DNA of 32,000 nt from Nitrosotalea sp. (GTDB taxonomy: Archaea; Thermoproteota; Nitrososphaeria; Nitrososphaerales; Nitrosopumilaceae), in contig JBOGQX010000052.1 in NCBI GenBank assembly GCA_050749285.1, positions 11,965-43,964 on the forward strand. The letters are read 5' to 3'. How positions within the stretch are numbered: position 1 is the first letter of the stretch; every line of letters begins with the position of its first letter. Below, in pieces: positions 22,399-31,027 of the stretch. The position numbers and the translations under genes are program-made. The notes beneath the pieces were generated by a model. That model saw only the letters and a list, made by a program, of their open reading frames with translations, was not told where the DNA came from and did not search any database.

Positions 22399-24223
22399 TT
22401 CCCATCCTTACTAATTGTTTATAATTTGGTTCTTTTTTCTTTCCAGAAAGTTCTGTGGCAAACTGTGCAATAAGAGGTACATACTTTGCATAAAGATTTG
22501 CTCTCTTTTTAGCCATGTCAGCCATACCTTGTCTTGACATGTGGACTGCAAGTTTTCTTGCCAAATACTGTAATGCATTTTTTAATTCTCGTTCAATCTC
22601 AGGTCTGTCAGCAACGTTTTCTTTTCCTACAGTCTTATATGGAATTCTAGTGGAGCAGATATGAGACACAATAACTAGAGGAGGATCTCCTTTTATCTTG
22701 TACCTGCTCCAGTCCATCTCATTTATGATCTTTAGTACCACATCACTGCCTTCATCATAAAGGAGAGGAATTCTATTTGCAAATCGATAAACCTTCATAC
22801 CAGCAGCTGGAATATCCCCACCATATGCAATACCCATCTCTACAATAAATGGGAATCCAGAGTATGCGGAGGCACTACGCTGTATCACAGAAGCAAATTC
22901 AGGATTGAAGAATTTCATTATTCCTTTTGATAGTGGTTCTTCGCCTAATGGAGCCAAACAGCTAGGATCAGGTGAAAGAAAGTCATCAAATTTCTGCAAT
23001 GCATCTGCAAGCTTGACCAATTCTTCATTTGTCATACTACCGATCCTCTTTTCTGGTTTGAGTTTTGCAAATTCACAAAACTTTTCTGCAGTGGTTGGGC
23101 CTACCCTCTGGAATCTCTTTGTAAGAAACGTCAATAATGTATCTCCTTGTACAGTATTGGCAAGCTGTTTATAGTAAGGACTTTCAGGGTCTAGTTCTAC
23201 TACATGAGATTGTGCTTGCCCAAAGTCCCAGTATGTAATTTTTTTATTTGCAACATCAATATCATCAATTCTTATCTTCTGCAATCCATCAAAATCCACA
23301 TTTAGAAATGACATGGCAGCAATTACAGTTCTTACTGGCCTAGAAAGATCAGACCAGCGCTTCTGTGCTCTGTCAAGTATATCTTTTGCTGAAAGATTTT
23401 TCTTTTGACTTCCCAATTCCTTCTTTACTTTGTCTATCATGTTATCGTCCACAGTTGGAATCTGGTAATGAGTATCTACAATCATTCGTCTAATCGTTTC
23501 AACATCAATACCATGAGGGTGCGGTTTGATTATAGTCGGTGGTGGAGGCATGTCTTTTACAATTCTCGGATAGTGTAATTTTTCTCCAGATGGATCTTCA
23601 AATGTTATAGAAGCATATGGAGTGATCAGAGATGTCTCTGATACGTAATCACGTATCTTCGTTCCTGCTTTAGAATAATCACCTTCAAGAACAATACTCA
23701 CGGATAATCCCGTCTTAGATGCCTCCTTTGTGGTATGTTTTAGTATAATTGGTTTATTTTTTTGAATATCAAGTAACATCACAAATTCATCAAGGGTTTT
23801 TCCATCCCAACAACTTTTTACAGTAACAGGCTTATTGGTGGTTATCTGACCATACAGTATTGCCATTGTAGCTCCCAAGCCAAACATTCCTCTTGCTTGC
23901 TTGAGACCAAATTTTGAACCATAAAGGACCGTTCCAAATGCATGTGATACATGTTTAGGATCAATACCAGGACCATTGTCTCTTACAGTCAATATGTAGT
24001 GTTTAGGATCAGCTTGTTCTTGATCAACTGCTTTTATGAATAAATGTATGTCAGGCAAGATTTTCTTTTGATCACAAGCATCTAACGCATTTTCCACAAA
24101 TTCTCTTACCGATGTGTACAACGATCTAGTAGGATTACTAAAGCCAGCAAGATCTCTGTTCCTGTAGAAAAATTCACTAGGTGAGATTTGACTGAAGACC
24201 TCTTTACTGGAAGACATTTTCAC
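22376..24223 (-). CDS. top6B: DNA topoisomerase VI subunit B (GHKL ATPase).
   Basis: Bergerat-fold motifs: EFVENALDA, VRDNGPGI, GMFGLGATMA. It lies upstream of and overlaps top6A. Confidence 0.95.
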   Translation of the reverse strand: MKMSSSKEVFSQISPSEFFYRNRDLAGFSNPTRSLYTSVREFVENALDACDQKKILPDIHLFIKAVDQEQADPKHYILTVRDNGPGIDPKHVSHAFGTVLYGSKFGLKQARGMFGLGATMAILYGQITTNKPVTVKSCWDGKTLDEFVMLLDIQKNKPIILKHTTKEASKTGLSVSIVLEGDYSKAGTKIRDYVSETSLITPYASITFEDPSGEKLHYPRIVKDMPPPPTIIKPHPHGIDVETIRRMIVDTHYQIPTVDDNMIDKVKKELGSQKKNLSAKDILDRAQKRWSDLSRPVRTVIAAMSFLNVDFDGLQKIRIDDIDVANKKITYWDFGQAQSHVVELDPESPYYKQLANTVQGDTLLTFLTKRFQRVGPTTAEKFCEFAKLKPEKRIGSMTNEELVKLADALQKFDDFLSPDPSCLAPLGEEPLSKGIMKFFNPEFASVIQRSASAYSGFPFIVEMGIAYGGDIPAAGMKVYRFANRIPLLYDEGSDVVLKIINEMDWSRYKIKGDPPLVIVSHICSTRIPYKTVGKENVADRPEIERELKNALQYLARKLAVHMSRQGMADMAKKRANLYAKYVPLIAQFATELSGKKKEPNYKQLVRMGSEIEEQI

Positions 24224-24776
24224 CCTCCCATAGTTGAAACTTTTCTATCTTTTGTCTCCTCCTTGATTCCTGAAGATCATTGTAAACCTTGCCATGTGTA
24301 CTACCACTCGAAAGTGAAGTAATTGCATTAACTGCTGATCTTAACTGTTTTCCTTCTCCAATTATCGCAACTGTTCTACCATATACACAAATACTTGCCC
24401 CGCTCAGCTCTTCAACATTTTTTCGTACTCTTCCGCCTTCTCCTATTATTCTACCCTTTATCCTTCCGATCTGGGATGAAGACTTGCCCACGAATTCTCG
24501 TAAATCAATTACATGTAAAGAATTTTCTCCTTCAAGAAGTCTCATAGCTTTGTCAGCAGAAAATCCTCGTCCTATAGCCATAACGATTTCTTCTGCTTTG
24601 AATGGCATCATGTCCTCAGCATCATCATTTCCTCTTATAATAATCTCTCCCGTTTGACCATCAATCAACAAAGAAACTGAACATATCTTTTCAATTTTGG
24701 CCTTTACACTGCCTGATTTTCCAATTAAAACACCAACTCGATCTAACGGAATTAGAATTGTTTTTTCAAAGATCAT
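24204..24776 (-). CDS. Double-KH-domain RNA-binding protein (archaeal Dim2/Pno1-like).
   Basis: Two KH GxxG-type loops: VGVLIGKSGSVK and IKGRIIGEGGRVRK. It overlaps the top6B start by 20 nt. Confidence 0.8.
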   Translation of the reverse strand: MIFEKTILIPLDRVGVLIGKSGSVKAKIEKICSVSLLIDGQTGEIIIRGNDDAEDMMPFKAEEIVMAIGRGFSADKAMRLLEGENSLHVIDLREFVGKSSSQIGRIKGRIIGEGGRVRKNVEELSGASICVYGRTVAIIGEGKQLRSAVNAITSLSSGSTHGKVYNDLQESRRRQKIEKFQLWEGENVFQ

Positions 24777-25036
24777 TATATTATCCTCTTAAGAATATCA
24801 CGCGGGTTTTCTACAGTCAATCCCCTTTTTACAAAGAATCTAGCTATATTTTTAATATCTCTTTCAAGAAATTCTATCGCATTTGGATGCCTTATATCTA
24901 CTGCAGAACCAAAGTCAAAAACTTTGTTATTGTTGAAACCATCTTTCTGAGACTTCCTTTCTCTGTCTTTTTCGACTAGCTTACCTTCAATCCTTTTTGC
25001 TAATTCCTCTTGAAGTTCGTCAGGCAATATTTTCAA
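24776..25036 (-). CDS. Hypothetical protein (86 aa), translationally coupled to the KH-protein gene.
   Basis: ATG-initiated ORF. Its stop overlaps the downstream start by 1 nt. No family was recognised. Confidence 0.5.
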   Translation of the reverse strand: MKILPDELQEELAKRIEGKLVEKDRERKSQKDGFNNNKVFDFGSAVDIRHPNAIEFLERDIKNIARFFVKRGLTVENPRDILKRII

Positions 25037-25067
25037 TTGTATGGACTTAGTAAAATTGATTACTCTA

Positions 25068-25379
25068 TCAGAAATCTTTTGGCAAATGACCGTTTTCTTT
25101 TAACCAATCTACTTGGGAAAGAGTATATCTCCATGTAATGTCTCCTCTGTCTTCTGTTCGAAAATCCCAAGGTGCTATGGTTACAACATCGTTATCACGA
25201 ATCCAGATCTTCCTTTTTAATTTTCCACGAATTCTTCCCATTCTTGTTTTATCATCAGCACATTTTACCAAAACATGATCACTACCCAAAAGTTTGATAA
25301 CTCTACCAAGTATCTCACCCTCTTCAGGTATTTTCATTTCCTTTAGTTCACTTTCATTTAATACCTTACGCTTACCCAA
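25068..25379 (-). CDS. eif1a: Translation initiation factor aIF-1A.
   Basis: S1/OB-fold segment EGEILGRVIKLLGSDHVLVKCADDKTRMGRIRGKLKRKIWIRDNDVVTIAPWDF. Start is TTG 25379 or an internal ATG. Confidence 0.9.
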   Translation of the reverse strand: MGKRKVLNESELKEMKIPEEGEILGRVIKLLGSDHVLVKCADDKTRMGRIRGKLKRKIWIRDNDVVTIAPWDFRTEDRGDITWRYTLSQVDWLKENGHLPKDF

Positions 25380-25426
25380 AATTCTCAGTAAACGATCTGC
25401 TCAGTGCGTATATAACTGTTGTATTT

Positions 25427-25723
25427 TTAAAATTTAAAAACTAGAAGAAATGGAACACCGTCAATATCTTTTACTCCCTTTGCTGATCCTATTCCTATCC
25501 TTACCGACAAGGCAATGGTTTCCTTTCCAACCATGTTAATTATTGATGCATTTTTCAACAGTTGTTCCGCTTCATTTTCTTCGACGATTCGCTCAGCAAA
25601 GTAATTCTTACTAATATTTATCGTAAGATCAGATTTGTTAAATGTCCTTCCAACCAACTCAGCGTCACAGATGTTTAACATTCTGTTATGCTGATAATTC
25701 ATAAATCTTACAGCAAATGCCAT
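25427..25723 (-). CDS. DUF424-family protein.
   Basis: LNICDAELVGRTF......I..NYF.......EEA..LL..ASIINMVGKE matches my recollection of the archaeal DUF424 pattern. I recall this family often lying next to aIF-2 beta. The family assignment is from memory. Confidence 0.65.
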   Translation of the reverse strand: MAFAVRFMNYQHNRMLNICDAELVGRTFNKSDLTINISKNYFAERIVEENEAEQLLKNASIINMVGKETIALSVRIGIGSAKGVKDIDGVPFLLVFKF

Positions 25724-26146
25724 TTACGCATATTGGCCTTTTAGAGATGATTTTGCACCACATGCTTCACAGACAAGAAAATTGACCCTGTTTGACCTCT
25801 CCACTCTAGTATCTGGGCTTTTACAGGTTGGACATTCAAGATATTCCTTGACATACCTTTCAAGAAGCACAGTAAATTCATGTGGTTCTTTTTTTCCTAC
25901 AAAGACTGCTTTATCGCCTGCATATTGCGCTGGCGTAGCAAATTCCTTTGAAAGATATTGTAGAATTTTTTCAGGATCTCGTCTCAATAGTTTTGGAAAC
26001 TCTGAAAAATTGCGAAAGAATGTTCTATTACCTTGCCACATTATATCCACCTTAGGCAGCTCAAATCTTGAACCAGAAACCTTCCTAGTCTCTGAAATCT
26101 TATCTTGAACTTTCTTCAGTAGTTTTTCGTATTCGCCCTTTGTCAA
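25724..26146 (-). CDS. eif2b: Translation initiation factor aIF-2 subunit beta.
   Basis: RFELPKVDIMWQGNRTFFRNF, plus the C-terminal zinc ribbon CPTCKSPDT...CEACGA. Confidence 0.9.
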   Translation of the reverse strand: MTKGEYEKLLKKVQDKISETRKVSGSRFELPKVDIMWQGNRTFFRNFSEFPKLLRRDPEKILQYLSKEFATPAQYAGDKAVFVGKKEPHEFTVLLERYVKEYLECPTCKSPDTRVERSNRVNFLVCEACGAKSSLKGQYA

Positions 26147-26206
26147 CGATTCTCCTGAGATAGTACTACCTATATTGATTTACTTTAAAAAAGAAGAAAA
26201 TGGTCC

Positions 26207-26350
26207 CTAAGGCTTTCCTATTCGAAAAACGTTAGTACCACATTTTGGGCATGTTCCCTTTACCGCAGGTCGTCCATTCTTTAGTTTAACTTCTTTTGGA
26301 TTTGCTATCTCGACTTTTTTCCTGCATTTTACGCAGTATGCCGTGGTCAT
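26207..26350 (-). CDS. DUF5679-like zinc-ribbon miniprotein (47 aa); not in the ORF track.
   Basis: Hand translation gives MTTAYCVKCRKKVEIANPKEVKLKNGRPAVKGTCPKCGTNVFRIGKP, following the CxxC...K.G+.a.kG.CP.CGt..fRI pattern. Confidence 0.6.
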   Translation of the reverse strand: MTTAYCVKCRKKVEIANPKEVKLKNGRPAVKGTCPKCGTNVFRIGKP

Positions 26351-26604
26351 TTCATCTCTTTACGAAGGAAGTTGTATTTAGCAAGGCGCTGTAAAATTTA
26401 TTTCACTATACACTGGAGGCAGTTAAATTTTTACATTGTCCTTCTCAGACCATCTATGAAGAATTTGTATTAAAAATACTATTTTTGTGATATTTCTTAG
26501 GTTGAATTGATCCAACTTGAAGAAATTAGAAGACACGTAATTGAATTTTCAAATTGTTCTACCATTAAGTTATGCTTTTAAACGTCCTAAAGGGAGTCAC
26601 TTGA

Positions 26605-27102
26605 ATGGCAACCAAGAAAGGCATCATCATTACGGCCATAATACTTGGTACCATTTCCTCTGCAAGTTTCATGGTGTGGTTTTTCCCTCAAAACAGGGGT
26701 CCAGGAATTGTTGTTTCAGATTACAGCAATGAACTTGATAGTGTGAGAGAAAGGCATGGATTGATCATTACTGAGATGGATTCAAACCTCATGAGTCTAC
26801 TTAATCAGACTCTCTCACCTGATGATTTCATCAATATGACTCAGACATCATCTACCCAAGTTACTTCTCTCATTACGGAACTCATAGAAAGTAATCCTCC
26901 TGTAGAATGGAGAGAAAGTTATCTAAATTATGATGAGGCACTCAAAAAGTACAACGATTATCTTACTGAAGCGATCTCTTTGGCAAACGAGATGAAAGTC
27001 AGTACATCCCCCAACAATTTGAATCAAGAATTATCCACGCTAGCCTCATTGAAGAATGAATCAAATTCGTTTATTGTAAAATCCAATGAGACAAGACCAT
27101 GA
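26605..27102 (+). CDS. Membrane-anchored hypothetical protein (165 aa).
   Basis: N-terminal TM segment GIIITAIILGTISSASFMVWFF, then a polar, apparently helix-rich ectodomain. No family was recognised. Confidence 0.55.
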   Translation: MATKKGIIITAIILGTISSASFMVWFFPQNRGPGIVVSDYSNELDSVRERHGLIITEMDSNLMSLLNQTLSPDDFINMTQTSSTQVTSLITELIESNPPVEWRESYLNYDEALKKYNDYLTEAISLANEMKVSTSPNNLNQELSTLASLKNESNSFIVKSNETRP

Positions 27103-27209
27103 GAGGGTGTAGGGATTCAGTTCCTTGGGTCAAATTTTTCTCCGGTTATTGTAACATCTGGTAGAAATTACATTAATTAATAGGAAATGCGATTTTCGTA
27201 CATATACAA

Positions 27210-28358
27210 ATGTCAACAAAGGAGACTAATTTACCAAAAAGTGAAACTGGAATTAAGACCAGTAGGTTATTAGTAATATGTGTCGATAGAGATGATGACA
27301 TTGGAAGTAAAGCAGGTGTAACTACACCAATAGTTGGACGAAACTCATGCATAGAAGCCGCACAACGTCTAGCACTTGAGGATCCTGAAGATGCAGACTC
27401 GAATTCAATTTTTGCTGCAGTAAAGACATTCGAGGATCTTGTGAGCAAGGGATACCAAGCTGAAGTTGCAATAGTATCTGGTACAGAAAACAAAGGAGTA
27501 CAGGCAGATGAAAAAATTGTATCCCAAGTGAAATCGATAATGGAAAAATTTGTAGCCAATGGAGCTGTTATTGTTTCTGATGGAGAAGACGATGAAACTG
27601 TTATTCCTATAATTCAAAATGTTTTGCCAATAGTTTCTGTTAAACGAGTTGTCATGAGGGCAAGTAGAACAGTAGAATATTCTTATGCAGTGCTAGGAAG
27701 ATATTTGAAAGCTATTGCTTTTGATTCAAAATATTCAAAATTCTTTCTTGGGGTTCCTGGAATTTTATTAGTTATTGGAGGAATCGCGACAGTCCTTGGA
27801 TTGACCAAAGAGATCTTTGCAGTTTTGGTTAGCATTCTAGGAGGAGCATTCCTTATCAGAGCATTTGATGTTGATAGAGCATGGTCACACTGGACAAAAC
27901 CAACACCCGCAGGTTTCATTAGAATATTCACCCTTGTAGCAGGAATACTCTTAATCTTAGGTTCTATAATTGCCGGAGTTAGTGCTGTAAATCCGCAGAT
28001 AGCTTCAACAAAACCAGATGAACTGCTAAAGATTGTTCTAAGTAAGCAAATAATTGGTTTGTTTGTTTCTGGAATGCTTCCATTCTTCTGGATGGGTATC
28101 GGATGTATGTTTGGAGGCTCTTTGTTAAGTAGTTGGTTCAGAGGAAGTATTAGATCAATTACTGACATATTGAGAATTATTGTATTGATCACACTATACC
28201 CAATTGTATCACAATTTACCACTGTGATGACAAAAGATGAAAGTCCCTTCACTTTGATACCCCCGCTTCTACTTGGGCTTGCAGTAATACTGATATCTGC
28301 GTCGCTACTCTTCCACAAATATAGGAAGAAGAAGGGTGGCGAGGTACTATCGGAATAA
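27210..28358 (+). CDS. DUF373-family archaeal membrane protein.
   Basis: The soluble N-terminal domain is LLVICVDRDDDIGSKAGVTTPIVGRNSCIEAAQRLALEDPEDADSNSIFAA. About six hydrophobic helices follow. The family assignment is from memory. Confidence 0.75.
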   Translation: MSTKETNLPKSETGIKTSRLLVICVDRDDDIGSKAGVTTPIVGRNSCIEAAQRLALEDPEDADSNSIFAAVKTFEDLVSKGYQAEVAIVSGTENKGVQADEKIVSQVKSIMEKFVANGAVIVSDGEDDETVIPIIQNVLPIVSVKRVVMRASRTVEYSYAVLGRYLKAIAFDSKYSKFFLGVPGILLVIGGIATVLGLTKEIFAVLVSILGGAFLIRAFDVDRAWSHWTKPTPAGFIRIFTLVAGILLILGSIIAGVSAVNPQIASTKPDELLKIVLSKQIIGLFVSGMLPFFWMGIGCMFGGSLLSSWFRGSIRSITDILRIIVLITLYPIVSQFTTVMTKDESPFTLIPPLLLGLAVILISASLLFHKYRKKKGGEVLSE

Positions 28359-29137
28359 AAGATAAAGCTCTCGAGTTAGGCGGATTCTATACTCTTTATT
28401 CAAAAAAGCTGGAGAAAGATATACGAAATGGGGAAATCCCAAAACACATTGCCATAATACTCGATGGTAATAGAAGATGGGCTAAAAGAAATCTTGTTTT
28501 AAAGTTAGATGGACACTTTCATGGGGCAGATGCTGTTGAAAAGCTGTTAGACTGGTGTGAGGAACTAAATATCAAGATAATTACATTGTATGTATTATCT
28601 GTGGAAAACTTGGCAAGGGATGACGATGAATTACATCATCTCTATGATTTGATCAACGCACGGCTGGAGAAATTATACAATGATCCACGCATACATAAAA
28701 ATCAAATGAGAATAAAAGCAATAGGTCGTGTTGAATTGCTACCAGATTTCTTGAAAGAAGTTTTGAACAGGCTTGAAACGGTAACTAAAGATTATGACAA
28801 TCATTATCTGAATATAGCGATAGCATATGGGGGCCAGAATGAATTAGTGGATGCTGTAAAAAAAATTGCTGTGAGAATTAAAGAGGGCGCACTTGATATT
28901 AATGACATAGACAAGAATGTAATAGAATCATGCCTTTACACATCACATCTACCTCAATCTTCTCCAGATATGATACTTAGAACTTCTGGAGAAAAAAGGT
29001 TAAGTGGTTTCTTAATGTGGCAAAGTGCATACAGTGAGCTTGTTTTCATGGACGTTTATTGGCCAGAATTTAGAAAGATAGATCTTATGCGAGCTATTAG
29101 GACGTACCAGAAACGAGCTCGTAGACAAGGCAAATAG
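28355..29137 (+). CDS. uppS: cis-Prenyltransferase (undecaprenyl-diphosphate synthase family, UppS); 5' end uncertain.
   Basis: IPKHIAIILDGNRRWAKRN (nt 28436-28492), ITLYVLSVENL, LRTSGEKRLSGFLMWQSAYSELVF. The frame is open from 28325 but has no ATG, GTG or TTG before the TTG at 28586, which lies downstream of the catalytic DGNRRWA motif. The coordinate 28355 is an ATA codon chosen as a placeholder. Confidence 0.85.
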   Translation: MKDKALELGGFYTLYSKKLEKDIRNGEIPKHIAIILDGNRRWAKRNLVLKLDGHFHGADAVEKLLDWCEELNIKIITLYVLSVENLARDDDELHHLYDLINARLEKLYNDPRIHKNQMRIKAIGRVELLPDFLKEVLNRLETVTKDYDNHYLNIAIAYGGQNELVDAVKKIAVRIKEGALDINDIDKNVIESCLYTSHLPQSSPDMILRTSGEKRLSGFLMWQSAYSELVFMDVYWPEFRKIDLMRAIRTYQKRARRQGK

Positions 29138-29176
29138 AAAAGAGAAATACTTCTAGTTTTAAAGTGGTAACATCAT

Positions 29177-29593
29177 ATGTTAGAAGAGAGATCGGCAGGA
29201 ACAATTCTTTATAGAAAATCATCAGCAGGCAATCTATACCTTCTTTTGAACTATCCATCTGGACACTGGGATTTTGTTAAAGGTAATATTGAGAAAGGAG
29301 AGACGTTAAAGGAGACCGTAATACGAGAAATTGAAGAAGAGACAGGAATAACGGATGTAAACTTTGTTGAAGATTTTGAAGATAAAGTGGAATATCATTA
29401 TCAGCGCGATGGACAACTTGTTCATAAAGAAGTTGTGTTTTTCTTGGCAAAAACAAATACTGCGAATGTAAAACTTTCACATGAACACCATGGATTCATT
29501 TGGCTTGATTTTAACAGTGCATTAAAAAAATTAACCTACAAAACTGCACAGAATATGTTAAAAAGGATTAAGGATTTAGGATTTGAGACTTAA
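29177..29593 (+). CDS. NUDIX hydrolase.
   Basis: Nudix box: GHWDFVKGNIEKGETLKETVIREIEEETGI (GX5EX7REUXEEXGU). Confidence 0.85.
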   Translation: MLEERSAGTILYRKSSAGNLYLLLNYPSGHWDFVKGNIEKGETLKETVIREIEEETGITDVNFVEDFEDKVEYHYQRDGQLVHKEVVFFLAKTNTANVKLSHEHHGFIWLDFNSALKKLTYKTAQNMLKRIKDLGFET

Positions 29594-30325
29594 AATTTTG
29601 AGTTTTTTTACTTCTGAAATTGGATCGATAGAATTAAGAATTGTTCTTCCCACTATTAGATAATTAGCACCGGACTGTATAGTTTTTTTAGCATCCCCTC
29701 CTTGTGTTCCAACTCCAGGAGAATAAATTTCACATTTTTCTTTTACCATTTTACTTGAGTAGGATATAATTTCTGGTACAGTGGCACCAACTACAATCCC
29801 ATCAACTTTTGAAGAGATGGACCACTTTAAGAAAAGTTCATGAAGTTTTTGTGCTTTCTTTGTTTTAGGATTCATAACAGTGAGTCCATATCCTAACTTT
29901 GCCCCAGGATGGCTCATATGTACAAGTGTTATTACCCCATGTCCACTACCATGGGCGGATGAAACAAGTTTTTCAAGATTCTCCAATCCCATTATTGGAT
30001 TAACTATCACTGCATCAAAACCGCATTGCCAAAGTCTTTGTATTGCAATCTCATTCGTATTTCCTATATCATTTAGTTTAATGTCCGCAATTGTTTGTAA
30101 ACCTTGATCGTGTGCAATTCGATTTATCTTGACAAGACTACTTTGACCCAACGGCAATATTACATGAAAGTTAAGCTTAATCGCACAAACGTACTCGTGC
30201 AATCTTCTTATGTTACTAATTGTCTTGCTTTCTAACTTGTTAAAATTTTTATCATCAAGATCATTTGCTAGTATTATTCTACTTTTCCTCGATGAATTTT
30301 TTATTCTGCTTCTAAATTCAGTCAT
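29576..30325 (-). CDS. pyrF: Orotidine 5'-phosphate decarboxylase.
   Basis: ILANDLDD, KLNFHV, ADIKLNDIGNT, LIVGRTI. Its 3' end overlaps the 3' end of the NUDIX gene on the opposite strand by 18 nt. Confidence 0.9.
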   Translation of the reverse strand: MTEFRSRIKNSSRKSRIILANDLDDKNFNKLESKTISNIRRLHEYVCAIKLNFHVILPLGQSSLVKINRIAHDQGLQTIADIKLNDIGNTNEIAIQRLWQCGFDAVIVNPIMGLENLEKLVSSAHGSGHGVITLVHMSHPGAKLGYGLTVMNPKTKKAQKLHELFLKWSISSKVDGIVVGATVPEIISYSSKMVKEKCEIYSPGVGTQGGDAKKTIQSGANYLIVGRTILNSIDPISEVKKLKILSLKS

Positions 30326-30978
30326 AGTCTGACTAGTGGATGTTTACCTTTTAGCTTTATTACTTTGAGGTATGAATATCCATGTTCATTTATTCCACTA
30401 ACAAAGGATGGTTCAGTTCCATCTTTACTTGAATATTTCAGGAATATGCTCTTAGGTTCATAATCAAGTTTGACATGACAAAAATACGAGGTCTCATCGG
30501 ATTCGTTGAAATTCATGAACAATCCAGCTAACCACTTTGCCCCATTAGTGAAGACGAATAATGGGAATGGAGATTCTTCAAAACCATAGCTTAGCTTTAT
30601 CAAACTAGTAAGATCTTCCAGTTCAAGTGGTTCGTACATGACTTCAGATTCAGTTTTGGTATCTGGTTTGAGCGATTCTGGTAATGATTTCATTCTGACT
30701 ATGGGCGAATAAATGAAAGTAGGATTTGTCATTGTATTTACGATGTCATAGTCTTCTTTACCAGCTTTAAAACCATAGGAAAGATAGTGACCAAATTTCT
30801 GATTATACACGTAATAGTTAACTGGTCTCTCTTTCAATACATCCATTTGAACAGAAACTACTTCTCTTCCATCAAGAACAAATGAGAATGACGTACGGGG
30901 AATTCGTTCCAAAGCACAAACGAGCCTTGAGAATTCTGCCATATCATAAAGTTCTATGTAGTATGGAAGTTTTACCAT
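30322..30978 (-). CDS. Hypothetical protein (218 aa) coupled to pyrF by a 4-nt overlap.
   Basis: Long ATG-initiated ORF with protein-like, non-repetitive composition. No family was recognised. Confidence 0.6.
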   Translation of the reverse strand: MVKLPYYIELYDMAEFSRLVCALERIPRTSFSFVLDGREVVSVQMDVLKERPVNYYVYNQKFGHYLSYGFKAGKEDYDIVNTMTNPTFIYSPIVRMKSLPESLKPDTKTESEVMYEPLELEDLTSLIKLSYGFEESPFPLFVFTNGAKWLAGLFMNFNESDETSYFCHVKLDYEPKSIFLKYSSKDGTEPSFVSGINEHGYSYLKVIKLKGKHPLVRL

Positions 30979-31027
30979 GTGATCACTCCTAAAACATCCA
31001 CATTAAAAGTAGTCGCTTCTTACTTCC

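Noticed and set aside
28325-28360. A -1 frameshift fusing the DUF373 membrane protein to UppS.
   Set aside because: The frames are compatible with a -1 shift. However, I found no slippery heptamer or downstream structure, and the two proteins are normally separate. Non-canonical initiation or a sequence error is simpler.
28586-29137. The ORF-track version of uppS starting at TTG 28586.
   Set aside because: It would remove the conserved IPKHIAIILDGNRRWA segment, which is clearly encoded in frame upstream.
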